From assembly GCA_026023565.1 (NCBI GenBank), contig JAPETS010000035.1, positions 186,001-250,000 on the forward strand: DNA of 64,000 nucleotides, written 5' to 3'. Below, one piece after another: positions 1-12,342 of this stretch (positions within the stretch are counted from its first letter, which is position 1; each line of letters begins with the position of its first letter). The notes below the pieces were generated by a model. That model saw only the letters and a program-made list of their open reading frames with translations, was not told the DNA's origin and ran no database searches. The stretch comes from Cirrosporium novae-zelandiae. Taxonomy: Eukaryota. The translations under genes and the position numbers were made by a program.

Positions 1-389
1 TGCAAGTCCATCCGTTCCGCTCAATAGGGAATTTCCTTATTCTAGAATTTGATTGCATTTGAGGTCATTGTCAAGATAACCGGCAAGTCGGTGTTAGCTG
101 TTGACCGGTGTCCTCTTTTATATTTAAGCCTTTCACATGCTATGTCCATATATGTTCATTGTTTTCCGCACCTTTTATTTCGCAATTTGTCGATAAGTTT
201 GATTACCATCCTATCTTAATTTCATACCATATTTATTTCTCTTATATATTTCCCTTGTTTAAAGAGTACATCTCTTACCTTGACCTTGATTGTTCACACC
301 TCTTTCAGATCACCTAGACCGTGAACAATACAGATCCAAACACGTTCCTCTAATCACCGAAGACCTCCGGCAGCCTATCTTCGGCGGCT

Positions 390-3300
390 ATGGCTGCAGA
401 TGCATCAGATGTCAAGGAGAAAGGGTCAGCCAATGGTCAAGATTCATCCCATGGGTCCCAAGACTTGGACGGCGACGTAACACTAGATGGTTCTGTCGAC
501 GGACAACCCCAAGAACTATCACCTTCCGATCATACAGACGCAGTCGAAGCACCGCGTACCTACGATCCTATTACCTCTCATGATCGTCTAGAACTCACAC
601 GCATAGCTTCATCGTTCTCTATTGAAAGGAAATCGCTCGAAAGAACCAACTCTCTAGAGAGAACAAAATCTCGTGTTTCCAGTCACAAGTTTAAAGAAGA
701 ACCTGAACCAGATCCTGATGATACTCTTAATGGCCTGGATAGCGATGACCCTGTTCTTGACCCAAATTCACCCCAGTTCGATGTCTACAAATGGGCTTGC
801 ATGTTTGTCAAAACACTGGCTGATGAAGGCCGACATACTCGCAAAACTGGCTTAGTCTTTAAGAATCTCAATGTAACTGGGTCCGGGAAGAGCATGTTTA
901 TCCAACACAACGTTGCAACAATACTGGGCACTGCTGCTGAACTTCGCCACCTCTCAAAGCGTCCGCAGAAGAGAATCTTGAGAGATTTCAATGGTGTCAT
1001 TAAGAGTGGAGAAATGTTAGTTGTTCTAGGCCGGCCTGGTAGTGGCTGCTCCACCTTCTTGAAAACTCTCTGTGGGGAGCATCATGGTCTCAAGCTTGGT
1101 GAGGATACGGTACTTCACTACAATGGTAAGTAGTCTATTCCACTTCATTCCCATTCCCTAAGGCAGCATGGGGGTAGATGATGTATCTGTTATCTAGCTC
1201 TAACACCGTGGGCCTCCTCCCAACCCCTTTTCCATGTCAGGAGGATTATTTTTCGAGCCGTGGTCCAGCAATCTTGGAGGTCTTCTAACAGTCGCTGTAG
1301 GTATTCCAATGGATGTGATGATCAAGCATTTCAAAGGGGATATTGTCTATAATGGGGAGACGGATAAGCATTTCCCGCATCTAACAGTTAGGCAAACTCT
1401 TGAATTTGCCGCCGCTGTTCGTACACCTCATAACCGCCCAGGAGGAGTATCACGCAAATTTATGATTGATCATTTTGTGGATGTCATACTGGCCGTTCTA
1501 GGATTAACCCACACGCGCAATACCAAAGTCGGCAATGCATATATACGAGGCGTTAGTGGCGGAGAAAGAAAAAGAGTATCTATTGCCGAAATGGCACTCT
1601 CTCGTGCGCCTCTAGCAGCCTGGGACAATTCAAGCAGAGGTCTTGACTCTGCAACTGCTCTTGAATTCATCCGAGCTCTCAGGATCACGGCGGATGTGGC
1701 CGGAATGACCCATGCTGTTGCCATATACCAAGCCTCTCAAGCCATCTACGATAGATTTGAGAAAGCCACCGTTCTATATGAAGGTCGACAGATCTACTTT
1801 GGTCCTGCGAATAAAGCAAAACAATATTTCGAAAAGATGGGTTGGTATTGCCCAGAGAGGCAGACTGTTGGGGATTTTCTTACGTCTGTTACAAACCCAA
1901 TGGAGCGCCATCCGAGAGATGGATACGAGAAAAGGGTTCCACGAACTCCAGATGACTTTGAACGGTACTGGAAGAAATCAGAAGAATACCACGAAATGTT
2001 GAAAGAAATTGACGACTACGAAAAGGATTTCCCTGTTGGCGGTTCCACTCTCGAGGAATTTCAAAAATCCTATCGAGATATGCAAGCAAATCATACTCGA
2101 GCTGGTACTCCCTACATGATCAGTATACCTATGCAAGTCAAATTATGTTTTATTCGTACATACCAGAGAATTCTAGGAGACAGTACAAGCACCATTACTC
2201 GAATTATCGGCCAAATCTGCATGTCCCTTATCGTTGGTTCAATATTCTGGAATAATCCCAACACAACGTAAGTAATACGCCACCTCATCCTTCAAGCCGT
2301 AAATCTGACCTTGCTGTAATGAACAGTGCGGGGCTATTCGGAAAGGGAGCAGTGACCTTTTTTGCTGTCTTACTAAATGCATTGATCGCTGTTGTTGAAA
2401 TCTTCCGTTTGTATGAGCAACGTCCGATTGTAGAAAAGCAAGCTAGCTATGCATTCTATCGACCCTTTACCGAGGCTCTTGGTTCCTGGCTTGCGGAAAT
2501 CCCAATAAAAACTGTTGCCGCTCTTGCTTTCAATACGGTACTGTACTTTATGGCTAATCTTCGAAGAGAGCCTTCGCAGTTCTTCATATTCATGCTATTC
2601 AATTGGATATCGACCATAACGGTAAGACCCACCGAATAGCGGATCAACATCTCTGCTAACAATTTTATTTGCAGATGCAAGTTATCTTCCGAACAATAGG
2701 ATCAGTCACAAATACAGTAGACACAGCAATGGCACTAGCTGGCATCGTGATGTTGGCATTAATCATTTTTACAGGTTTCGTGATTCCACCGAGCTATATG
2801 CATCCTTGGTTTAAATGGATCAATTACATCAATCCAATTGGATATAGTTATGAATCTATCCTCGCCAACGAAGCCCATGGAAGAAACTTTACCTGCGCCT
2901 CCGATGCCATTGTTCCAGCATATTCAAATGTTACAGGAACCCAATTTATTTGTTCTAAGCCAGGGGCTGTGGCAGGCGAGTTCTTTGTCAACGGCGATAA
3001 ATGGATGGATGCAGCATACGAATACAAATATTCACATGTCTGGAGGAATTTCGGTATTATCATTGGATTCACGATCTTTTTCTTATTCACCTATCTCCTC
3101 GCATCAGAATTCAACTCTCTCAACTTGTCTAAACCCGACGTACTTGTCTTCAGGCGAGGACATGTACCGAAGCATATTCAAGAGGCGGAGAAGGTGGACG
3201 AGATTGCACGAGTTGAAACCACCGACGAGGAGCTTGTCAAGCTTCATACTCGTGATGAAGGTATCCAGCAAGAGGAGATCGACGCCATTCCTCCACAGAA

Positions 3301-5523
3301 GGACATATTCACCTGGAACAATGTATGCTATGACATATCAATCAAAGGCAAGAAGAAGAGACTATTGCGGGATGTTGATGGATGGGTAGCTCCTGGAACC
3401 TTGACTGCGCTCATGGGTGCTTCTGGCGCAGGGAAAACCACGCTATTGGATGTATTGGCCCAACGAAAGACTGTTGGTGTGGTAACTGGAGACATGTTTG
3501 TCAATGGGAAGCCACTTGATGAATCATTTCCTCGCAAAACGGGATACGTTCAGCAGCTAGATCTGCACCTCGAAACCACTACGGTCCGCGAAGCTCTTCG
3601 TTTTAGTGCTATGCTACGTCAACCACGAACTGTCTCGAAGGAGGAAAAATACAATTACTGTGAAGATGTCATTCGTATGCTAAGGATGGAAGATTTTGCT
3701 GAAGCGGTGGTCGGCATTCCTGGCGAGGGCCTGAACGTCGAGCAACGGAAACTTCTGACCATCGGTGTTGAACTTGCTGCAAAGCCGCAACTACTGCTCT
3801 TCCTTGATGAGCCCACGAGTGGTCTTGATAGTCAAAGTTCCTGGTCAATTATCTCATTCCTTCGAAGACTGGCCGATCATGGCCAAGCTGTCCTCGCGAC
3901 TATCCATCAACCAAGCGCTATTCTTTTCCAGCAGTTTGATAGACTTCTCCTTCTTACCGAAGGTGGTCGGACGGTTTATTTTGGAGACATTGGTGAAAAT
4001 TCCAGAACAATGATCAACTACTTTGAGAAACATGGAGCGCGTGCTTGTGGTGCGGCCGAAAACCCAGCAGAGTACATGTTGGAAGCTGTTGGCAGTGGTG
4101 CTGGTGGACATACGGACCAGGATTGGCATCAGGTTTGGAAGTCAAGTGAAGAATACCAAGGTGTTCAGGCCGAAATACAACGGATCCACAGAGAAAAGAG
4201 AGACGAAAACGTAGCCTCGGATGGAGTGGACACTGAATTTGCCATGCCTATGTCAAGTCAGTTGTACTATGTTATCGGGAGGGTGTTTGAGCAGTACTGG
4301 TAAGTCCTCTAAACCTCCTGGATGCCTAAAGTTTTGATCCTAACACAAAGGAAAGGCGCACACCTTACTACATATATGGCAAATACCTTCTTGGTGTTGT
4401 ATCGGCACTGTGAGTAACCTTCATTTTTAGTTTTGAAAACAATGGTGGCTGATATCCTCTCCAGATTCAACGGTTTCTCATTCTACCAATCCGACAACTC
4501 TGAACAAGGTCTTCAAGATGTTCTCTTTGCTGTTTTCATGTTAACGGCGACATTTTCATCGCAAGTTCATCAGGTCCGTAAATTCGCAAGTTTCTAATAC
4601 CCTCAAATGTTAACATCCCCGTTTTCTAGATTATGCCACGCTTTGTTATCCAGCGAGAGCTTTATGAGGTCCGTGAGCGGCCTTCGAAGGCGTATTCGTG
4701 GAAAGCTTTTCTAGCAGCGAACATTTTCGTTGAGATTCCATTCCAGATTCTCCTAGGAATTATGGTCTGGGCCAGCTTCTATTATCCCGTATTCGGTATC
4801 CAATCAGCAGATCGCCAAGGGCTGTCCTTGTTATATTGCATTGAATTTTACATCTACACTTCAACCTTTGCGCATTTGTTGATTGCATCCATGCCTGATG
4901 AAGAAACTGCCGGAATTGTCTGTACCCTTATGTTTGCTATGAGTTTGGTCTTCAACGGAATCATGCAACCTCCGGATGCATTACCAGGTAGGTCACTAGA
5001 ATACGAGTACCTCGAAATACGCTGACCAATTCTAGGTTTCTGGATGTTCATGTACCGTGTATCTCCATTCACGTATTGGGTGGATGGTATCGTGGCGACC
5101 GGCCTCCATGGCCGGGAAATCGAATGTTCCAGCCATGAAATGAGTGTATTCAATCCACCGCAAGGCGCAACATGCGGACAGTACATGGCAGAATACCTCA
5201 AGGTAGCACCAGGGACTTTGTATAATCCCGAAGCGACTTCGTCCTGCGAGTACTGCACGGTGTCTGTGGCAGACACCCTTTTAGCCCAAGACCGGATCTA
5301 CTGGAGCGACCGATGGAGGAACTGGGGTCTCGTATGGGCCTACGTCATCTTCGACATCGCAGGGGCTGTGTTAACTTATTATATTTTCCGCGTTAAAAAC
5401 CACAGTATGGCCAGCCTCAAGAACGGATTGAAGAAAATGTTTTCTGGGAGCAAGTCAAGCAAGGAGAAGGCGGTGCAATCAGCTGTGGAAGAGAAGACAG
5501 ATTCAAGCGAGGAAAAGGTTTAA
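390..5523 (+). CDS. Full-size PDR/ABCG multidrug ABC transporter (NBD-TMD)x2; 8 exons: 390-1125, 1301-2267, 2327-2621, 2675-4299, 4356-4409, 4465-4573, 4630-4987, 5036-5523
   Basis: NBD1 has the PDR-type Walker [10 protein letters not shown], signature [13 protein letters not shown] and Walker [13 protein letters not shown]2 has [15 protein letters not shown] and [20 protein letters not shown] motif present. All introns are GT..AG and keep the frame. Confidence 0.96.
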
Positions 5524-6419
5524 TCATTCTTTGAAATTTCCTTTGTTTGGTCATTTGTTATCAGTCGTAAATAGGTACCACAGTACATAGAAAGAATAAT
5601 GTTTAGAATTGGGCAAAGTATGTTGAAGAACAAAAAAGTAGAAGAGGAATAAAGTCTAGAGGCTTGACGGGGATTAGAGCTTATTGAAGGTGGCCAATCA
5701 TAGGGTTGCTGACATAAGGCACTTTTAAGATATAACCGCAATGGTTCAGTCTCATCAAAACACCAGCCTTGGTGAAAGACAGACCATGAAAACTGCCCAA
5801 CAGCTTCTTGTGCAATCTTTCCTGGACATGTTCTGATGCTGTAGCTTCTATCCTGAGCTCTTTTGGAGCAGCCAGACTTGGTAGGACCAGTGCTAATGGC
5901 TGCTTTCTGTATGCCCTCTGCTGCATCAGGAACCCACTTCTTGCAAGAGAGAGAGCATGGCCTATATTGGGTCCTTCTCTTTGTGCCTTGTGCTATTCTG
6001 TTCCTACCATGCATTTCTTCTATCTCGCATGTTTTTTTCCCTGTTAGCCCTTGTGGTGATGGTGAAGATTGTCCCATTACCATATGACTTCTGATCTCTC
6101 CAAGCATTCCAGATATTTGTCCGAAAAGGGCAATATAAGCGAACACTACGGGTAGCCAAGCGACAATTCCTCAGCGATTTCTCGGCAAATCCCAGTAAGA
6201 GCACAGGTCTCATAACAAGAACTCCATTTCTCACTCTGACGCGCCTCCCCCAACCCATCATCAACAACGCCACCTCACCGACTACGCCTTTGTCTGTGTT
6301 GCCTATTTGTTCACTTACCAATTCAACCACCCGATTGCCCCCCAACTTGTTCCGCTTTTCTACACGCGTTTCTCCCTCCCCTCCATCGATACAAACCTTT
6401 ACGGACATATTAGCGAAAA

Positions 6420-7181
6420 ATGGCTGGCGGAAAAGGAAAATCTACCGGGGGAAAGGCGGGGCCCAAAGATGCTGTCAAGAGTCAGAAATCTCACAGCGCC
6501 AAAGCTGGTTTGCAGGTGAGTTCTATTATACCCGCCTACCGCGATGCAGATATTATGATTAGGCTGGGATGGTGATACCAGAAGATGGCGGAATCGCGTT
6601 TTTTAAGATTGAGCCATGAATTGGAATCATTTCAAATATGGCTCATCAGGATTCTATTATCTCTCGTCGTGGTTTTGCGCATACATCATTCCATGTCCCA
6701 TCAGTCTTTGTGACACCGTCGCTTTTTGCCAACTCATATCTGCATTATCGCAAACACTATATTTGACACAATTTACTAACGTTTTTACTGTAATTCAGTT
6801 CCCTTGTGGTCGTGTGAAGCGATTCCTGAAGAACAACACTCAAAATAAAATGCGCGTAGGGGCCAAAGGTATGTTCATTATTCCTCTACTTTTGTGATTC
6901 GTTATCAAATACTAAAACATATTTTGAATATAGCCGCCGTCTATGTCACAGCTGTTCTTGAATACCTTACTGCGGAAGTGCTCGAACTCGCCGGCAATGC
7001 CGCCAAAGATCTCAAAGTCAAACGTATTACCCCGCGCCACCTGCAACTTGCTATCCGCGGTGACGAAGAGCTTGATACCCTAATCCGTGCAACCATCGCG
7101 TTCGGTGGTGTCCTTCCACACATCAATCGTGCACTGCTACTGAAGGTTGAACAGAAGAAGAAAGGGAAGAGTGATGCTTAG
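6420..7181 (+). CDS. HTZ1: Histone variant H2A.Z; exons 6420-6515, 6799-6868, 6934-7181
   Basis: Spliced product reads [12 protein letters not shown]...[20 protein letters not shown]...[61 protein letters not shown], which is diagnostic of H2A.Z. Confidence 0.98.
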
Positions 7182-7879
7182 AATGTGAAAGAAAAAACAA
7201 AATTTGAGTATGATACCAGGGTTCGATTCTTTTAAGAACAAGAGTGAAATCGGGACGCAAGATGTCATGCCTCGGATACTACGTGATATGAGGCTTCAAG
7301 AATAAACTAACTATTCTCACATCTTGATTTCCCTCTAGCTTTTCAGTTGTTTCCCCTTTACTCTAATCTTCACCTTCAGTCTACTTTCTACACAAGTACG
7401 TTTCTGTGCGCTAGGGTTTGTGGGTTGCGGTTGGTTTGCTGGTTTGGGGGCGTGTTTTTTTTTGTGCTTGTTTGCTAGTTTAGTTACCAACTAGGGGCGA
7501 TTCAGACGAGGATTTCAAACGAGAAGCAAGGGCTTCTTTGCTACTCAAAAGGGGAAATGCGGTGGATGGGTTTTTTATTCACTTCAGATGGGCAGTGTCA
7601 GGCAGTCAAGTAAGCAAGCAAGCAGGCAAGCAGGCAAGCAGGCAGGCGGATAAGCAGGCCGAAAGGAAGATAGATGGATGAATGGATGAATGATAGTGAG
7701 CTTTTAAGGGCGTATTTGAAACCTGATATAACAAAAAATGTTCTTCGTCGTTGACTTGTGTGATTGTGTGTAGGTGTAGTAAAGCTGGGGGTGTGAGTGG
7801 ATGGTTGTGAAGGTGGGTGTGTGGTTTGTGTAACCCTCATGGCGATACCTTTTTGTTTCTTGTCTATGAAACGGGAAAC

Positions 7880-7969
7880 GGAAATGGAAATGGAAATGGA
7901 AATGGAAATGGAAATGGAAATGGAAATGGAAATGGAAATGGAAATGGAAATGGAAATGGAAATGGAAAT
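7880..7969. repeat. (GGAAAT)15 hexanucleotide microsatellite
   Basis: Perfect tandem array. It explains the spurious (EM)n and (GN)n ORFs. Confidence 0.97.
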
Positions 7970-9291
7970 GGGCGTTGGGTTTATTCTGGTGCTATGCTAT
8001 ATGCTATCCATCACTTTATCTATCCCTCTATCTATCTCTCCAGCTATCTCTTCATCCAGCTATCCATTGATTCAATACAGTCCAATGCAGTACAGTAGGT
8101 AAGTAGGTGAAATATTCCAACATAATTGATTCATACACTTACTCGCTTGGTCTTGTCTTGTCTTGTGGACCAGTAAAAGTAGTAAGTATAATATGTATAA
8201 TATGTATATCATCACTCTGATGTGTGTCATTATCATTCTACTGTCACTGTCACTCTACTGTTGCTATCACTACTTTTCATAGATGCCTAGCTATAGATCC
8301 CTAGGTAGGTAGGTAGGTACTCCATACCGCTATTCGCCATTTGTTCAAGATATCCCCCAATTCGCTATCCCTCATTTTCCCCCCCTCCCATTCGCTACCA
8401 TATCCCCTTTCCTTTACATACAAAACAAATGGGGAATTGGGACTGGAGTTTTGTGTTTTTCTTAACATTTAATACTTGACATACCTGGATCCTTAGGTGC
8501 CTAGGTACTTGGGGAGTTGGGAGTGGGGAGTGGGGTTGATGTATATATATGTGTATGTGTATGTGTGTGTGTGTGTGTGTGGAGGTGGGTGTTGTGTTAG
8601 GTTGGGTTAGGTTGGGTTCGTTTGTTTAACTGTTAGCTGACTACTGGCTGGGTTTGGTTGAGAGGATTCGACATACATGAACTGGAAATCTGGGATGGTT
8701 TACGTTAGTTTGATTCGGGGTATGCGGTATGCGGTATAGCGCACGAGGAGGAGGAAGCAGAAGAAAAAGAAGAAGAAGAAGCAAAGGAGATGAAGAGGAT
8801 ATAAAATCATTTGATAAAAAATTAATTAACCTAGGTAGTTCTAATTCGGAAATATAACAAGGAAGGAAGAAAAGAAGAAAGATATCGGAAGTAAATCAAT
8901 AAATCTAGATTTTGGATTTATATATATTATTCTCTTCTCCTCTTCTCTCCTTATTCCGCCTTTTTTTCGGGGGGGAGGATACTCATGATCGTAATTAAAA
9001 CTCTTCTTACTATCCCCCTACCTATCCCTCCCTATCCCTCTGCTATCCCCCACTACCTATAGAAGCAACCAAATAAAAAAAAATGAATAAATAACCATAA
9101 AAACACCACCCTTTGGTATCATTAATCATCAAAACGGCTCTTTCTATTCGTATGAGTCCATTTCGCTTGTGAGCGAGCGAGCGAGATAATCTGGCTTCCT
9201 ATTGAAAGGTTCATGAGTGGGTGAGTAGGAAAAAGAAGGGGGGGGGGGGGGGGGAAAAAGGGTTTTGGGGGTTTGGGTCGGTTAGGTCTTT

Positions 9292-9468
9292 GATGCTAAT
9301 ATGGAAATGGAAATGGGAATGGGAATAAGAATAGGTTTGGAAAGAGGTTTGGAAAGGGGTTTGCTTTTCTTCGTACTCCCTCCCTTCCTCTTTCTCCTTT
9401 CACGTGGGTCATGCTAATATGAAAGTGGGAATGGGTTTGGAAAGGGTTTGTCTTTCTTCGTACCCTCC
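9292..9468. repeat. Degenerate tandem duplication (two copies of ATGCTAATATG..GGGAATGG..GTTTGGAAAGGG..TTTCTTCGTAC) downstream of HSF1
   Basis: Shared blocks occur in the same order at about 9292-9383 and 9410-9468. Confidence 0.7.
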
Positions 9469-10001
9469 ATGAAGCCCTTCCTTTTCGTAGTAAGTAATAG
9501 TAATAAAAATGGGAATTTGTAATTTGAATGCTTGAAATAATGAATCACTCCCTCCCCATCCGGGTTTGTATAATATTCATATCCAAATCCATTCCATTCC
9601 ATCAAATAAATGATTTTTCATCTCAATGTGCTCTTTTTCTCTCTTATGTTATTTTTTAGCCACAGGAAACCTTAAAATAAATCTCTCAAGTCCCAGACGA
9701 GAATAATCATCCCGATTTCCCATAGTCTATGGCATAGCAATAGCATAGCAATGGTATAGCCGACAGACAGACAGATAGACAGATATATCTGTTCCTCCCT
9801 TCCCTTCCTTCCTGGTATCATATCAACCTTAATTCTCCCATTCCAAACACCGAAAAATTTCCTGATTCCCCCGCCGCATATGACCATCTCTGATGACGAA
9901 AGGCAAAAAAAAATGATATTCCTATTGCAAATTAAGGAGATGAGAAAATAGGAATTACAAATATGCATATCTTTAATTAAGAGTACCCTTCAGGATATTA
10001 T

Positions 10002-12342
10002 TCACACTGCACCACCCCGTCCGGCATCCAACATCGAAGGCGCAGGACTTGTACCGCTGCTTGCTGTACTGCTGTTGGTTTCCACGATCCTGGAGTTGAG
10101 GTCGCCTCCGGTGTTGAGAAGGTCGGTATCCATAGCGCCACTATCATTATTAGAAGGGTTATTGGTATTTAGATCATCAAAGTTGAAGGTGGGTGTGTTG
10201 GTATCAAATGCTGGTGTTGAAAAGTCCACAAAATTTGTACCCGATACTGAGTCATCTAGGTTCAAAAATTGGCTTAGTTGGTCAATGTCCGTTGGGGCTA
10301 TAACAGGATTTTCACCCATGCCCGTGGAGGCGGCATTTCCGAAATAACCGGTCCCCTCCATATCGAAGCCAGGGATGCTTCCATTCGGGCTAAGCGGACC
10401 GAGAACGTTGATTAGGTTTTGCATCTTGTTGGCTTGGGATCTCTGCAATTGGCATAGCTTATCGATCTCGGCTCTCGTTTTGACCATCGTATGATCTAGT
10501 TGCGCGGGTGAAGGGGCGGGGCTTGTGAGGGAGTTGTAGAGTTCCGAAGCCGTAGTACCCGGGGACACTGCATCATTGGCCATGAGTTTGAGCATGGTGT
10601 TTCGCTGGGTGGGGGTTAGAGGGTGATTACCATCCGAAGTTTGCAGGGACGAGAGTGCCTGATTGAAGTCTTGAGGAACCGTCGAGTTTTGGGAATTTGT
10701 ATTTTTGATCATGGCAAGAATGTCTTGCTCTGAGGCTTGCCCGTAGGTTTGAGTAGAGGTATTAGAATTGATTTGAGATGGGAGCGGATGTTGCCCCATT
10801 TGAGGGGAGGCGCTCGGTTTGGGAGACCTGAAAACGTTTGCTTGCGATTGAGCAAGAGAGGGTCGAGGTCGAGGTTGGTCGGAATACGGTGTTGCTGGTG
10901 TGACCGCAGGCGAGGTTGTTGATGCTCTTCCAGTTACACTTTCTGGCTTTGGTGTTATTTCAGGAGCTGCCTGAATCATCAAAGGTTGCTTTTTATACAG
11001 GCTGCCCATTTGATTTCCGTCCGAGTTTACTTCTTGGAACCGGTGATAGTCATCGATTACATTTCCTTGACTACCGTGATCTTCTGATACTGAACCGGTA
11101 GAGAACATGTTGGCTATGTTATCTGCATGCGGTCCCTCCAAGCTCTTATGGTATATTGTCGCAAGGAAGGTCAATATCGCGTTGATTGAATTCTGGTGCT
11201 TATCATGTAGTGATTGAAAAGCGGCTGCTTGGCTGTACAATTGTTCGTGTTCTTTCCGCAGTCTGGTTATGGCACCGGAGATGACTTGCTGTTGTTGCCG
11301 AATGGCCTGGAGTTCTCGATGGATGCTAGCCAGCTGGTCTTGTGCATATCCATTTTGGCTACCTATTAGTAGATTGCGAGGTCTTGAACCGTCGGTTCCA
11401 CCGCCTGCAGGGCTATCTGCATTATAACTTTCATCCCCTTGGTCTTCTTCTTGGTCTCCTTCTTCGGCTCTCTGTCTATTCCCACCTTTATTTCCCTTTC
11501 CCTGACCAGAAGCGTTTTTCGGCTTCTGGATCAGCCAGAGCAGCTCGGGATGGTATCGCCTAAAGTAAGGATTTGAGTATTCGCTTGGTGCTTTGTTTTT
11601 CCTCTCGCTTGCACGCATAGAGTTGTCCGAGAGTCCAACTTTTTTGTGGAAGCCGTACATGTTGAGTTGGCGGACGAAGGAAGCATAATTGTTATGTTTG
11701 AAAAGTTCGGGAATTAACGTGCGAGCAAACTCGTCTTCATCAAGAACGATGAAAGAATCTCCGCTGTCCGACCATCGAATAAGATCTGTATTTTCTGATT
11801 TGTCCAGGAAACTATAATCGATCAGCATAATATAGGCGAGCCGTAAACAGCATTCATTACCTGCTAAGTTTCTGTACAAACGGAGGTATAGATTTTCGTT
11901 TCGCTTGCGCTTCTCTTTTGGCTATCATAGCCCTCTGTTGTAAATCCTCTATGCTCTGATCCCAGCCATGTCTTGGGTCCATATTCCCATTTATCGGTGT
12001 ATTTCCCCAGTCGGCATCGTTGTATGATCTCCCTCTTGGTACCAACTGCTGTGAAGGAGTCCTCAGAGCTATTTGGTTTGAAGCTACTGGTTGCGGCATC
12101 GGAGTGGGGGCACCCATGGCGGTATAGGCATTTGGAGAAAACGCGACGGTGGGGTCAGGATAAGATGGAGATAAATTTTGGGTATTCGGATCCCATGTTC
12201 TTAAGAACTGGTTGGCAAGTTGTGGAGACTCCATAGACGGATCGATCATAGCTCGGTTGCGCTTGCTAGGCTGAGAGGTGGATGGCGCTCCAGGCGCAGG
12301 ACGCTTGCGAGGTGGTGATTGAATATTTTGTTGCCTCGACAT
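10002..12342 (-). CDS. HSF1: Heat shock transcription factor; exons 12342-11861 and 11811-10002
   Basis: HSF DNA-binding domain PPFVQKLS/SFLD...IRWSDSGDSFIV...FKHNNYASFVRQLNMYGFHK, followed by the heptad trimerisation region (LASIHRELQAIRQQQ...INAILTFLA). The 49-nt intron is GT..AG. No receiver domain, so it is not Skn7. Confidence 0.93.

Noticed and set aside
6516..6798. snoRNA in the long first intron of H2A.Z
   Set aside because: No convincing C/D or H/ACA box pair is visible.
7797..8102. ORFs with (EM)n or (GN)n repeats
   Set aside because: They are translations of the (GGAAAT)15 microsatellite.
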